NCBI GenBank assembly: GCA_016927955.1
Contig: JAFGLR010000008.1
Coordinates: 1-50,154 of the forward strand
Direction of reading: 5' to 3'
DNA from: Dehalococcoidales bacterium
GTDB taxonomy: Bacteria > Chloroflexota > Dehalococcoidia > Dehalococcoidales > JAFGLR01
DNA: 50,154 nucleotides
The notes under the pieces were generated by a model. The model worked only from the letters and a program-made list of their open reading frames with translations, was not told the origin of the DNA and did not search any database. Shown in pieces: positions 1 through 11,398 of the stretch. The position numbers and the translations under genes were made by a program. Numbering within the stretch: the first letter of the stretch is position 1; the number at the start of each line of letters is the position of its first letter.

Positions 1-413
1 CCCCTTACGGGCTCTCTTTCTCTTCTCGGCGACATCCAGGCGGGCAATCGCGCGGCGTAAGGCGGCTTCCGCACGGGCTTTCTCGATTTCTGTATCCGAC
101 TTTACCAGACGTTCCTGGGCACGTTTTTTCGCGGCTTCCGCACGGGCGGTATCGATTTCATCAGCCCTTTCGGCGGCATCAGCCAGAACAATAACGTGGT
201 CGGGACGGACTTCCAGAAAACCGCCGGCTACTGCCAGCGAGATTTGCTCGCCGCTTTTCCTCAGCATTATTTCTCCCGGTTTCAGCATCGTCATTAACGG
301 CGCATGATGCGGTAATATACCCAACTCGCCTTCGGTGCCGGGAGCAACCACCTCATCAACCTGGTCGGAAAAGACCAGACGCTCAGCGGTGACTATGTCA
401 AACTTAATGGGCA

Positions 414-414
<1 letters not shown>
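1..414 (-). CDS. atpC: F0F1 ATP synthase epsilon subunit (C-terminal end runs off the window)
   Basis: Not in the ORF track (open at window edge, GTG start). The reverse frame from GTG 414-412 stays open for all 138 codons to nt 1: [55 protein letters not shown]... This is the typical epsilon pattern followed by charged C-terminal helices. The start overlaps the atpD stop (TAGTG), and it is the last gene of the atp operon. Confidence 0.85.
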
Positions 415-2685
<2,271 letters not shown>

Positions 2686-2729
2686 CTTATATTAAATCCC
2701 AAATCCCAAATTCTAAATATAATTAATTA

Positions 2730-4241
2730 TTAAAAAGTAAAGCCTTTTTTAAACTCGGCGAGAGCGTTTCTCAAAGCGGTTTCGGTTTCCGGTTTAATTT
2801 CTTTCTTTTCACTGATTTCCTTGACAATTTCCGGATGATTGGTATCCATGTAGCTCTGTAATCCGGACTCGAAGGCGGTTACTTTTTCCACCGGGACATC
2901 ATCGATGTAGCCGTTAATAGATGCGAAGAGAATAATAACCTGCTTTTCGACCGGTACCGGGCTATTTAACGGCTGTTTTAACACTTCCATAATACGGCGC
3001 CCGCGTTCCAACTGGGCTTTGGTAGCTTTATCCAGACCACTGGTACCGAGTTGGGCGAAGGCCTCCAGTGAACGGTACTGGGCCAGTTCCAGCTTTAAAC
3101 GTCCGGCTACCTGCCGCATTGCTTTGGTCTGTGCCGAACTGCCGACGCGGGATACGGAAAGACCGATGTTTAAAGCGGGACGTTGACCGGCATTAAATAA
3201 GTCGGATTCTACGTATATCTGTCCGTCGGTAATCGAAATGACGTTGGTCGGGATGTAAGCTGATAGGTCCCCGCCCTGTATTTCGATAATCGGGAGAGCG
3301 GTTAACGAGCCGCCGCCGAATTCATCGGAATATTTACAGGCACGCTCTAGCAGACGGGAGTGCAGGTAGAAAACATCGCCGGGGTAAGCTTCACGTCCCG
3401 GCGGACGGCGGAGCAGTAATGACATCTGCCGGTAAGCCCAGGCATGCTTGGAAAGGTCGTCATACACTACCAGCGAGTCTTTGCCATTTTCCATAAACTC
3501 TTCACCGATAGCACAACCGGAGTAAGGTGCCAGGTATTGTAAGGCGACGGAATCTGCGGCGTTAGCGGCCACGACGATTGAGTGGGCCATCGCCCCATAT
3601 TCTTCCAGGTTAGCGACCAGACGGGCGACTTTAGAGGCTTTCTGGCCGATGGCGACATAGACGCAAATAAGATTGCCGCCTTTCTGGTTGATAATAGTGT
3701 CGATTGTAATAGAAGTCTTACCGGTTGAGCGGTCGCCGATGATAAGTTCGCGCTGGCCGCGGCCGATAGGGATAAGACTGTCGACAGCTTTAATACCGGT
3801 CTGTACCGGAGTATTAACGGACTGCCGTTTGGTTACGTCGGGAGCGATTCTCTCGATAGGTTGGGTCTTCTCGGTATTGATAGGACCTTTACCGTCGAGA
3901 GGACGTCCCAGCGGGTCAACGACACGTCCGATGAGTGCCTCACCGACAGGTATTTCGGCGATACGGCCGGTTGAACGCACCTCGTCGCCTTCTTTGACCG
4001 CCGTGTAATCGTCGACGATAATGGCAGCGACGCTGTCCTCTTCCAGGTTCAGAGCAATGCCCATCAGATTATTGGGGAACTGTAAAAGTTCACCGTATTT
4101 CACGCCGGCTAAGCCCTGAATGCGGGCGATACCATCACCGATTTCAATTACGGTACCGACATCTACCAGTGTGCTGGTCGTACCGAATTGTTTAATCTGC
4201 TGTTTAAGTACCGATACTATATCCTGCCCTCTAATTGTCAC
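2730..4241 (-). CDS. atpA: F0F1 ATP synthase alpha subunit
   Basis: 503 aa. Walker [20 protein letters not shown], typical alpha C-terminal domain. Confidence 0.95.
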   Translation of the reverse strand: MTIRGQDIVSVLKQQIKQFGTTSTLVDVGTVIEIGDGIARIQGLAGVKYGELLQFPNNLMGIALNLEEDSVAAIIVDDYTAVKEGDEVRSTGRIAEIPVGEALIGRVVDPLGRPLDGKGPINTEKTQPIERIAPDVTKRQSVNTPVQTGIKAVDSLIPIGRGQRELIIGDRSTGKTSITIDTIINQKGGNLICVYVAIGQKASKVARLVANLEEYGAMAHSIVVAANAADSVALQYLAPYSGCAIGEEFMENGKDSLVVYDDLSKHAWAYRQMSLLLRRPPGREAYPGDVFYLHSRLLERACKYSDEFGGGSLTALPIIEIQGGDLSAYIPTNVISITDGQIYVESDLFNAGQRPALNIGLSVSRVGSSAQTKAMRQVAGRLKLELAQYRSLEAFAQLGTSGLDKATKAQLERGRRIMEVLKQPLNSPVPVEKQVIILFASINGYIDDVPVEKVTAFESGLQSYMDTNHPEIVKEISEKKEIKPETETALRNALAEFKKGFTF

Positions 4242-4308
4242 TTAAGGTCACCTCCCCTTCTGGAGATCGAATTTCTAACATATATTTAAGTATGGCGTAG
4301 CGTATATA

Positions 4309-4851
4309 TTATTTTTCTCTGCCCGCCAGTTCCTTTTTCAAAGCTAACAGCTTGCTGCGGACGCTGCCGTCCAGCAACTGTCCGTCAATCCGGGCAATCA
4401 TACCGCCGATAATACCGGCATCCGTCTCAGTCCGTAGGATTATTTTTTTTCCGGTTAACGATGTCAGAGCTTCCTCTAACCGGGCTGCTTCGCCGCCTTC
4501 CACCGGTAGAGCGGTTGTTACCACAGCATGTTGAATACCGTTATAGTTATCAACGAGCTGCTGGTAGGCTTCCGCAATATTGCCGATCCAGCTAATTTTG
4601 TTTTTCTCCACCAGCAGGTAAGCCAGATTCCGGGCCAGCGGACTGATACCCTCTAGTTGTTCATCAACCAATTTAGTTTTATCCTGGAATGTCAGCTTGG
4701 GGCTGGCCAGCAGCGTCAGCAAAACAGGATCATGCCTAAGTGCGGCCATTCTTTGCAGGTCGGCCTGCCACTTGGTCAGTTCTTGCCGCTCTTGAGCAAT
4801 CTCGAAGATGGCCTGAGCGTAACGTTTTGCATTTACCCTGCTGGTTGCCAC
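4309..4851 (-). CDS. atpH: F0F1 ATP synthase delta (OSCP) subunit
   Basis: 180 aa. Lies between b and alpha. C-terminal GGMIARIDGQLLDGSVRSKL resembles the delta/OSCP signature. Confidence 0.8.
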   Translation of the reverse strand: MATSRVNAKRYAQAIFEIAQERQELTKWQADLQRMAALRHDPVLLTLLASPKLTFQDKTKLVDEQLEGISPLARNLAYLLVEKNKISWIGNIAEAYQQLVDNYNGIQHAVVTTALPVEGGEAARLEEALTSLTGKKIILRTETDAGIIGGMIARIDGQLLDGSVRSKLLALKKELAGREK

Positions 4852-4864
4852 TGAATCTCCTTAT

Positions 4865-5377
4865 TTATCCCTGTTTCGGCTGGCTATCGGTAAGTATCTT
4901 TTCAATGAGTTGCTTATGGGCTTCTTTATCCAGAGAGCGGTCGATTACTTTTTCGGCGGCTGCAATCGTCAGGTCGCCGAACTGTTGTCTTATTTCGACG
5001 ATAGCCTGGTCGCGCTCATGGCTGATATCCGCTTTAGCTTTAGCCAATAAGGCGGCACCTTCCACCTTTGCCTGCTCCTGGGCTTTCTGGACAAGTTCTT
5101 CCCCGGAACGCATGGCACGGGCCACGATTTCCTGCCCTTCCTTACGGCCGGCTTCAACCTGCTTTTTAACTTCTTCTTCGGCACTAGCCGCCTGGGCTTT
5201 TACCTGCTCAGCCTGTTCCAGGCTCTCTTTTATTTTCATTTCTCTCTCTTTTAGCTTCTTATTGAGCCAAGGGAATCCCAAAAAAGCCAAAATAGCAAAG
5301 ACGATTCCGAAGTTAATTATCTGGGCTATCAGTTGTGCCCAATTAATGCCTAATGCTGCGATACCTTCTGCTTCCAT
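4865..5377 (-). CDS. atpF: F0F1 ATP synthase subunit b
   Basis: 170 aa. One N-terminal TM helix (LIAQIINFGIVFAILAFLGF), then a long Ala/Glu/Lys-rich helix. Lies between c and delta. Confidence 0.8.
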   Translation of the reverse strand: MEAEGIAALGINWAQLIAQIINFGIVFAILAFLGFPWLNKKLKEREMKIKESLEQAEQVKAQAASAEEEVKKQVEAGRKEGQEIVARAMRSGEELVQKAQEQAKVEGAALLAKAKADISHERDQAIVEIRQQFGDLTIAAAEKVIDRSLDKEAHKQLIEKILTDSQPKQG

Positions 5378-5442
5378 AGGCTACTCTCCTTCCGGTGGTC
5401 CGGAATATCTGGTGACCGGGTAACGGCCACAAGGCCTTTATT

Positions 5443-5688
<246 letters not shown>

Positions 5689-5704
5689 CTATTTATATAC
5701 TTAT

Positions 5705-6661
5705 TTAATGACCATGTTCGCCCTCAAGCGGGGCGGCGGCCATAGTCAGGAATACCATGGTTAAGCTGGAGAATATCAAGGCCTGGATAAGACCAACTAA
5801 AAATTCCAGACCGTAACCGGCAATGCTAACGATGTATGGGAACAGGAACGTTAACATCAAAATAAGGATTTCGCCGGCCAGCATATTACCGAAAAGACGG
5901 AAGGTAAAGCTTATGATACGGATGAAGTAACTTAATAATTCTAATATGCCTACTACAGCCGCTACGAAACCGTTCAAGATTCCGGTTATTCCCGGTTTAA
6001 ATTTACCGGTAAACAGGAGCTTGAACCCTTTTCCCAGCGGTCTAAAGTTCAAATACTGTTCCGCGAATTTTGCTTTATGTGTCTTGAAACCGACATAGGT
6101 TACCCCGACGAAAGAATATAATGCCAGAGCCAGCGGGACGTTAATATCGGTATTGGCACCGCGTAAGAAAGGCTCGCCGCCTTCATGCACGGCCCAGCCG
6201 AAACCGGGGATAAGGTTCATCCAGGCATTGACCATAACGAAAAGGAAAATACTGCCGACAAAGGGGAAGAACCGTCTGGTATTCTCTTCGCCGCCGACAT
6301 TTTTGAAAAAGTCCATCATACCGTTAACGAACCACTCGACCAGGTTCTGGAATTTACCGGGAATAAGCTTGGATTTTCTGGTGGCGAAAAAGAATATCAG
6401 AAAAATGACGACAGTGGTTATCCAACCGGCAATTATACTGTTGGTAACACCAAAAGAACCGATATAGAAAACAGGATGTGCCGGTAACGTTATCTCAGAC
6501 AGAGGGACTATCATCCAATGGGGAAGAGCTTCATGTGCAGATGGTAAGACTGCTTTGCCGATTGGTCCGGCGATAAACCCGACTGCAAAAAGAGCAATGG
6601 TTATTACACCAATCGTAATAACCAGAGGAAAGGAGCAACCTAAACATCCCTTTTTTTTCAC
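5705..6661 (-). CDS. atpB: F0F1 ATP synthase subunit a
   Basis: 318-aa polytopic protein with the essential-Arg motif FRLFGNMLAGE. GTG start at 6661 overlaps the stop of the upstream small gene (TAGTG). Confidence 0.9.
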   Translation of the reverse strand: MKKKGCLGCSFPLVITIGVITIALFAVGFIAGPIGKAVLPSAHEALPHWMIVPLSEITLPAHPVFYIGSFGVTNSIIAGWITTVVIFLIFFFATRKSKLIPGKFQNLVEWFVNGMMDFFKNVGGEENTRRFFPFVGSIFLFVMVNAWMNLIPGFGWAVHEGGEPFLRGANTDINVPLALALYSFVGVTYVGFKTHKAKFAEQYLNFRPLGKGFKLLFTGKFKPGITGILNGFVAAVVGILELLSYFIRIISFTFRLFGNMLAGEILILMLTFLFPYIVSIAGYGLEFLVGLIQALIFSSLTMVFLTMAAAPLEGEHGH

Positions 6662-6897
6662 TAGCCGTCTCTTCCGTTATTTTGGTTATTATCGCTTTTA
6701 CCGTTCAAGAAAGGGCGTAATATCCGGTAAACCCCCCATCCGGCTACGATAATACCCAGTAGTAATCCAATAATCCAGAAAAAGCTTGTGTTAACTGTTT
6801 TGTCGAGCCAGAGGCCGCCCCAGATACCCAATACCATAGAGCCGCCGATAAAGAATCCGATTCCGGTCAGTCTGGCCGCTAATTCCCATTTACTCAC
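6661..6897 (-). CDS. AtpZ/AtpI-like small membrane protein, first gene of the atp operon
   Basis: 78 aa, GTG start, two TM helices (GIGFFIGGSMVLGIWGGLWLD ... FFWIIGLLLGIIVAGWGVY). Position and shape match the ATPase_gene1/AtpZ family, recognised from memory only. Confidence 0.6.
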   Translation of the reverse strand: MSKWELAARLTGIGFFIGGSMVLGIWGGLWLDKTVNTSFFWIIGLLLGIIVAGWGVYRILRPFLNGKSDNNQNNGRDG

Positions 6898-6979
6898 GTA
6901 AGCAGGTTAACAAAACTATATTTCAATTTCAAGTGCTAGATGAATAACCAAAACGAACCCTAGAATTAGGATTGTAGAA

Positions 6980-7009
6980 ATTTTAGCATTAAACTGGTAT
7001 TCATATCAA
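6980..7009 (-). promoter_or_regulatory. Candidate sigma-70 promoter for the atp operon
   Basis: The minus strand reads TTGATA (7009-7004), 18 nt, TAAAAT (6985-6980), about 80 nt upstream of the atpZ GTG in an AT-rich spacer. Pattern match only. Confidence 0.3.
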
Positions 7010-7136
7010 GATAAATTCACGCTTAAATCAGGTAAAAAGCATTATTATTCGATAATATCGGACTAATAACCTAAAATAAGTAGCACTAAAGTCTTAGAAA
7101 ACAGTCCCTTAAAGCAAAAGGAATTGCTTGGAAAAC

Positions 7137-7166
7137 AAAAGCCTCCGGTTCCATCCGGAGGCTTTT
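7137..7166 (-). terminator. Intrinsic terminator (symmetric, A-run and T-run on both sides) after the DUF151 gene
   Basis: aaaa GCCTCCGG ttccat CCGGAGGC tttt: perfect 8-bp GC-rich stem, 6-nt loop, flanking A4/T4. Lies 24 nt past the stop at 7190. Confidence 0.7.
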
Positions 7167-7189
7167 GTGCTTATTCTGTTTAGATGATG

Positions 7190-7744
7190 CTAGGATTTAC
7201 GCTTGTTGAAATCTTCCAGGTCCAGCGTATTGATGAAGTCTTTAAAGGCAGAAAGCTTTTTCATTTCTTCATCCGAAATTTTCTTGCCTTCGGCGGTGGT
7301 AGCGTCGCCGGATTCGGCGGACGGTTTGCCGGTTTCCTGGTCGAGGTAAATGCCGGCTTTATCCATTACCGACTCATCGGCAAATATGGATACTTCACAT
7401 CTGACGGCTATAGCCAGCGCGTCACTGGGACGGGAATCAATTTCGACAACATTACCGTCGACATTGAGCATAATCTTGGCGAAAAACGTATCGTTTTTAA
7501 GGTCGCTGACGATAATGGAATTGACGGAAGCTCCCAGAGATTCGATGACGGAGCAAAGCAGGTCATGAGTCAGCGGCCGGGGTACGGTAACTCCCTGAAG
7601 TTTTACGGCAATAGCATCAGCTTCCGCTGGGCCAATCCATATCGGTAAGTAGCGCTCCGCTACCTTCTCTTTTAATATAACTACCCTCTGGTAGTTCATT
7701 AAACTTACGCGAATGCTATCAATCGCCATCTCAATCATAGACAA
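7190..7744 (-). CDS. Bifunctional nuclease (BFN/DUF151) family protein
   Basis: 184 aa. RVVILKEKVAERYLPIWIGPAEADAIAVKLQGVTVPRPLTHDLL ... IDSRPSDALAIAVR matches the DUF151 core as remembered. Confidence 0.75.
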   Translation of the reverse strand: MSMIEMAIDSIRVSLMNYQRVVILKEKVAERYLPIWIGPAEADAIAVKLQGVTVPRPLTHDLLCSVIESLGASVNSIIVSDLKNDTFFAKIMLNVDGNVVEIDSRPSDALAIAVRCEVSIFADESVMDKAGIYLDQETGKPSAESGDATTAEGKKISDEEMKKLSAFKDFINTLDLEDFNKRKS

Positions 7745-7888
7745 ACCCTCCTACACCCAGACCAGATAATTCTACCCCACCCCTTTAGCACTGTCAACTG
7801 AATTTTGTCGATGGGATTCCGGTTTTCCAGTGTAGAAAATAGCGCTCAAAATAATATAAAATTGCTTTCCGTGTGGTTATCATACGAT

Positions 7889-7918
7889 TTGCTAATGTAA
7901 GTCTCAATTTTCTATAAT
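7889..7918 (+). promoter_or_regulatory. Candidate sigma-70 promoter for ppsA
   Basis: TTGCTA (7889-7894), 18 nt, TATAAT (7913-7918), 55 nt upstream of ATG 7974, which has the SD AAAGGAGG. Confidence 0.45.
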
Positions 7919-7973
7919 TGGTAATGTATCATCGGTAATACGACCCCCGGCTAAGTACAAAGGAGGATAGTAA

Positions 7974-10223
7974 ATGCTTGAGGGCCAGAAGGCGATTGTA
8001 TGGTTCAATGAAGTAGGTAAATCGGATGTTGCTCTGGTTGGCGGTAAAGGTGCTAACCTCGGCGAGATGACCCAGGCTAATATTCCCGTACCCCCCGGTT
8101 TTATCATTACGGCCAGTGCTTATTACGATTTTCTTAAAAAAGCAAATCTTATGGATGGAATCCGTAATATTTTGCAGCCGCTAAATTCCAATGATAGTAA
8201 ACAGCTTCAGGATATTTCCGCACGGATCAAACAGATTATTTCCGAGGCTACTATGCCTGCCGACCTGGCTGAGGATATAAAGCAAGCATATAAGAAAATG
8301 GGCGACGGGTTTGTTGCCGTGCGTTCTTCGGCCACTGCTGAAGACCTCCCCGAAGCCTCCTTTGCCGGACAGCAGCGCACCTTCCTTAATGTTATAGGTG
8401 CTGATGATGTGGTCCATGCCGTACAGGAATGCTGGGCTTCTCTCTTTGAGGCCCGGGCTATTTTCTACCGGATAGAGCAGAAATTCGACCATTTTAAGGT
8501 CGGCATTGCCGTCCCGGTCCAGCGCATGGTACAGTCCGAAGTTTCCGGTGTTATGTTTACTTTGGAGCCTATTTCCAACGACCGCAGTAAAATTACCATA
8601 GAAGCGGTAATCGGGTTAGGCGAAATGATTGTTTCCGGTGACGTTACGCCGGATACGTATCTGGTAAACAAGAGTGATTATAAAATAGTCAGCAAAGAGA
8701 TAGCCAAACAAGAATGGAAACTAATCAAACAGGGCAAGGGCAAGGGCGAAGACATCAATGTCAAAATTCCCTTAACCGCCAAGGAACAGGCCGCCCAAAA
8801 AATTACCGATGAGGACATCGTTGAGTTAGCTAAGATTGGTACCCGTCTGGAAGAGCACTATAAATTCCCGCAGGATATCGAATGGGCGAAAGAAGGCGGT
8901 AAAATCTATATCGTCCAGACCCGTCCGGTAACTACGACTAAAGAAAGAGCCGATGTCGTTACAGAAATCAACGCACCGGTATTATTATCCGGTGCCCCGG
9001 CTAGCCCGGGTATTGCTAACGGCCCGGTAAAAATTGTCGCGGACGCTTCCCAGATAGATAAGGTGATGGACGGTGATATTTTAGTGGCCGAAATGACCAC
9101 TCCGGACTTCGTGCCGGCGATGAAAAGAGCGGCCGGTATCGTTACCGACCGCGGCGGACGGACAGCCCACGCCGCCATCGTCAGCCGCGAACTGGGTATT
9201 CCCTGCATCGTGGGTACGGGTAAAGCGATGGCCATACTAAAGGACGGCCAGATAATTACCGTCGATGGTTCCAAAGGTAGAGTATATAACGGTAAAGTTG
9301 CCATTCAAGCAGCGGCTTCCGAAGTAGGCAAAGAGGACATTAAAACCCGAACTCGGGTTTATGTTAATTTAGCCCAGCCGGAACTGGCAGAAAGAGTAGC
9401 CGCACGGAATGTTGATGGCGTCGGGTTATTACGTGCTGAATTTATCGTCGCCCAAATTGGCGAACATCCGCAATATATGATGAGCCAGGGCCGCGGTAAA
9501 GAATTTACCGATAAACTGGCGGCCGGTATCGAAGCATTTGCTAAAGCTTTCCATCCCCGCCCGGTAGTTTACCGCACCAATGATTTCAAGACAAATGAAT
9601 ACCGGGAACTGACCGGAGGAGCCCAGTATGAAGGCGAAGAAGAAAACCCAATGCTTGGTTATCGAGGTACTTCACGTTATATTACAGATATAGAAGTATT
9701 CAAACTGGAACTGAATGCGATTAAAAAGGTAAGAGAAACCTATAAGAATCTTTATGTAATGTTACCGTTTGTCCGTACCGTGGCAGAGCTAAAACGGACT
9801 AAAGAATTAATGGAAGCGGAAGGGTTGAAACGCGGTCCCGATTTTAAACTCTGGATGATGGTGGAAGTACCTTCCAATGTTATCCTTATCGATAAGTTCC
9901 TTGAAGTGGGCATCGATGGTGTTTCCATCGGCTCTAACGACCTGACCCAGCTTACCCTGGGTGTCGACCGTGACAGTGAAAAACTGGCCTCCGTCTTCGA
10001 CGAACGGAACGAAGCGGTTACGCTGTCTCTCGAAAAGGTTATTAAAACCTCCAAGAGTATGGGAGTAACCTCTTCCATCTGCGGGCAGGCACCTTCGGTC
10101 TATCCCGAACTAACCGAAAAGCTGGTTAAATGGGGTATTACCTCGGTCTCGGTCAGCCCGGATATGATAGGCACGACCCGGGGAATAATCGCCGAGGCCG
10201 AAGCTCGTCTAGAGAAGAAGTGA
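7974..10223 (+). CDS. ppsA: Phosphoenolpyruvate synthase (pyruvate, water dikinase)
   Basis: 749 aa. N-terminal ATP-grasp/PPDK_N region, swivel phosphohistidine motif GGRTAHAAIVSRELGIPCIVG, C-terminal PEP-utiliser barrel with SIGSNDLTQLTLGVDR. Confidence 0.92.
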   Translation: MLEGQKAIVWFNEVGKSDVALVGGKGANLGEMTQANIPVPPGFIITASAYYDFLKKANLMDGIRNILQPLNSNDSKQLQDISARIKQIISEATMPADLAEDIKQAYKKMGDGFVAVRSSATAEDLPEASFAGQQRTFLNVIGADDVVHAVQECWASLFEARAIFYRIEQKFDHFKVGIAVPVQRMVQSEVSGVMFTLEPISNDRSKITIEAVIGLGEMIVSGDVTPDTYLVNKSDYKIVSKEIAKQEWKLIKQGKGKGEDINVKIPLTAKEQAAQKITDEDIVELAKIGTRLEEHYKFPQDIEWAKEGGKIYIVQTRPVTTTKERADVVTEINAPVLLSGAPASPGIANGPVKIVADASQIDKVMDGDILVAEMTTPDFVPAMKRAAGIVTDRGGRTAHAAIVSRELGIPCIVGTGKAMAILKDGQIITVDGSKGRVYNGKVAIQAAASEVGKEDIKTRTRVYVNLAQPELAERVAARNVDGVGLLRAEFIVAQIGEHPQYMMSQGRGKEFTDKLAAGIEAFAKAFHPRPVVYRTNDFKTNEYRELTGGAQYEGEEENPMLGYRGTSRYITDIEVFKLELNAIKKVRETYKNLYVMLPFVRTVAELKRTKELMEAEGLKRGPDFKLWMMVEVPSNVILIDKFLEVGIDGVSIGSNDLTQLTLGVDRDSEKLASVFDERNEAVTLSLEKVIKTSKSMGVTSSICGQAPSVYPELTEKLVKWGITSVSVSPDMIGTTRGIIAEAEARLEKK

Positions 10224-11257
10224 TCGAGCGGCTGAAAATACGCCAGACCACGGAACAAAAAGAAGAGAGTTTATCGCCTTATGCGGTAAAAAGTCGCCTG
10301 TCGAAAGGTCGGGAAAAACCTGAAGACTCCGACCCGATACGTACCGTCTTTCAGCGCGACCGCGACCGGATTATCCATTGCAAGGCCTTCCGCCGCTTGA
10401 AGCATAAAACTCAGGTCTTTATTATGCCTTCCGGTGACCATTATGTCACCCGGCTGACTCATACTTTAGAGGTTTCCCAAATCGCACGGACGATTGCCCG
10501 CGCGCTGAACCTGAATGAGGATTTAACAGAGGCGATTTCTCTTGGACATGATTTGGGACATACTCCTTTCGGTCATATCGGCGAGGGCGTCCTGAATGAG
10601 CTTTACCCGGGCGGTTTTCATCATAACGAACAGAGCCTGCGCGTCGTAGAAAAACTGGAAAAGGATGGCCGGGGACTCAATCTTACCTGGGAAGTGCGGA
10701 ACGGTATTCTGCACCATTCAAAAACCGGCGTCGAGAAACTTTTCGGGAAAGATTGGGGCGAGGTCGGTTCCTTCGAAGGTGAAATCTGCAAGATAGCGGA
10801 TATGATAGCTTACATCAATCATGATATCGGCGATGCTATCCGGGCAAATCTTATTACCGAAGACGACCTGCCGAAACAAGCCTCGGAAGTATTGGGGCAT
10901 TCTCATTCCGCACGCATTAATAGGATGGTAAGCGATATTGTGGAGTTTTCCTGGGGTTTGAGCGGGAAGGGTAGAGGTAAGGTAAAAATAGGTATGAGTC
11001 CAGCTGTTTTAAAAGCGGCTGAGACAATGCGGGATTTTCTCTTCGCCCGAGTCTATAATTCCGCTACTTCCAAAGCCGAATTATCTCAGGCTAAAAAGAC
11101 CATTCGTTTTCTCTATCGATATTTTAATAAACATGAAAATAAAATGCCTCCGGAATTCCGTGCTTATGCAGATGAAACTGCCCGGCGCGTGGTCGATTAC
11201 GTTTCCGGAATGACCGACCAGTATGCCCTGAACCTGGCAAAACAGCTGCAACTTTAA
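10220..11257 (+). CDS. dgt: dGTP triphosphohydrolase-like HD-domain protein
   Basis: ORF track 10130..11257, trimmed to GTG 10220, which overlaps the ppsA stop (GTGA). FQRDRDRIIHCKAFRRLKHKTQV and HD motif LGHDLGHTPFGH. Confidence 0.85.
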   Translation: MIERLKIRQTTEQKEESLSPYAVKSRLSKGREKPEDSDPIRTVFQRDRDRIIHCKAFRRLKHKTQVFIMPSGDHYVTRLTHTLEVSQIARTIARALNLNEDLTEAISLGHDLGHTPFGHIGEGVLNELYPGGFHHNEQSLRVVEKLEKDGRGLNLTWEVRNGILHHSKTGVEKLFGKDWGEVGSFEGEICKIADMIAYINHDIGDAIRANLITEDDLPKQASEVLGHSHSARINRMVSDIVEFSWGLSGKGRGKVKIGMSPAVLKAAETMRDFLFARVYNSATSKAELSQAKKTIRFLYRYFNKHENKMPPEFRAYADETARRVVDYVSGMTDQYALNLAKQLQL

Positions 11258-11314
11258 ATATTCTTAATAGTTTACCGTAATAAATATTTAATATATTCCG
11301 TATATACTATATAA

Positions 11315-11332
11315 TTATAAATCTTATAAATC
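11315..11332. repeat. Perfect tandem 9-mer (TTATAAATC x2) inside a very AT-rich spacer
   Basis: Read directly: ttataaatc ttataaatc at 11315-11323 and 11324-11332, within the 141-nt dgt-dnaG spacer. Confidence 0.5.
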
Positions 11333-11398
11333 ACTAGTAATTTTTTGAAATTCCCTTGCACGTTTCACGGATTTGAAATATCATTGATGGGCAAAGAT

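Noticed and set aside
2694-2713. Tandem heptamer AAATCCC AAATCCC AAATTC in the atpA-atpG spacer, and ATTTGATTT x2 at 35070-35092
   Set aside because: These are very short, AT-rich and sit in 40-60-nt spacers. The first simply provides the GGGA-type SD context on the coding strand. Nothing indicates more than chance or low complexity.
4740-5423. 227-aa plus-strand ORF across atpH/atpF
   Set aside because: It is entirely antisense to two well-supported atp genes. Its low-complexity Ser/Ala/Leu-rich translation is typical of the reverse frame of Glu/Ala/Lys-rich helices. There is no SD.
10130-10219. N-terminal 30 codons of the ORF-track dgt frame
   Set aside because: They lie inside the ppsA coding sequence and give an Arg/Gly-rich junk translation. 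GTG 10220 at the ppsA stop is the sensible start. Similar trimming was applied to atpD (1803-1838), pgi, degV, serpin, trpS and pyrF.
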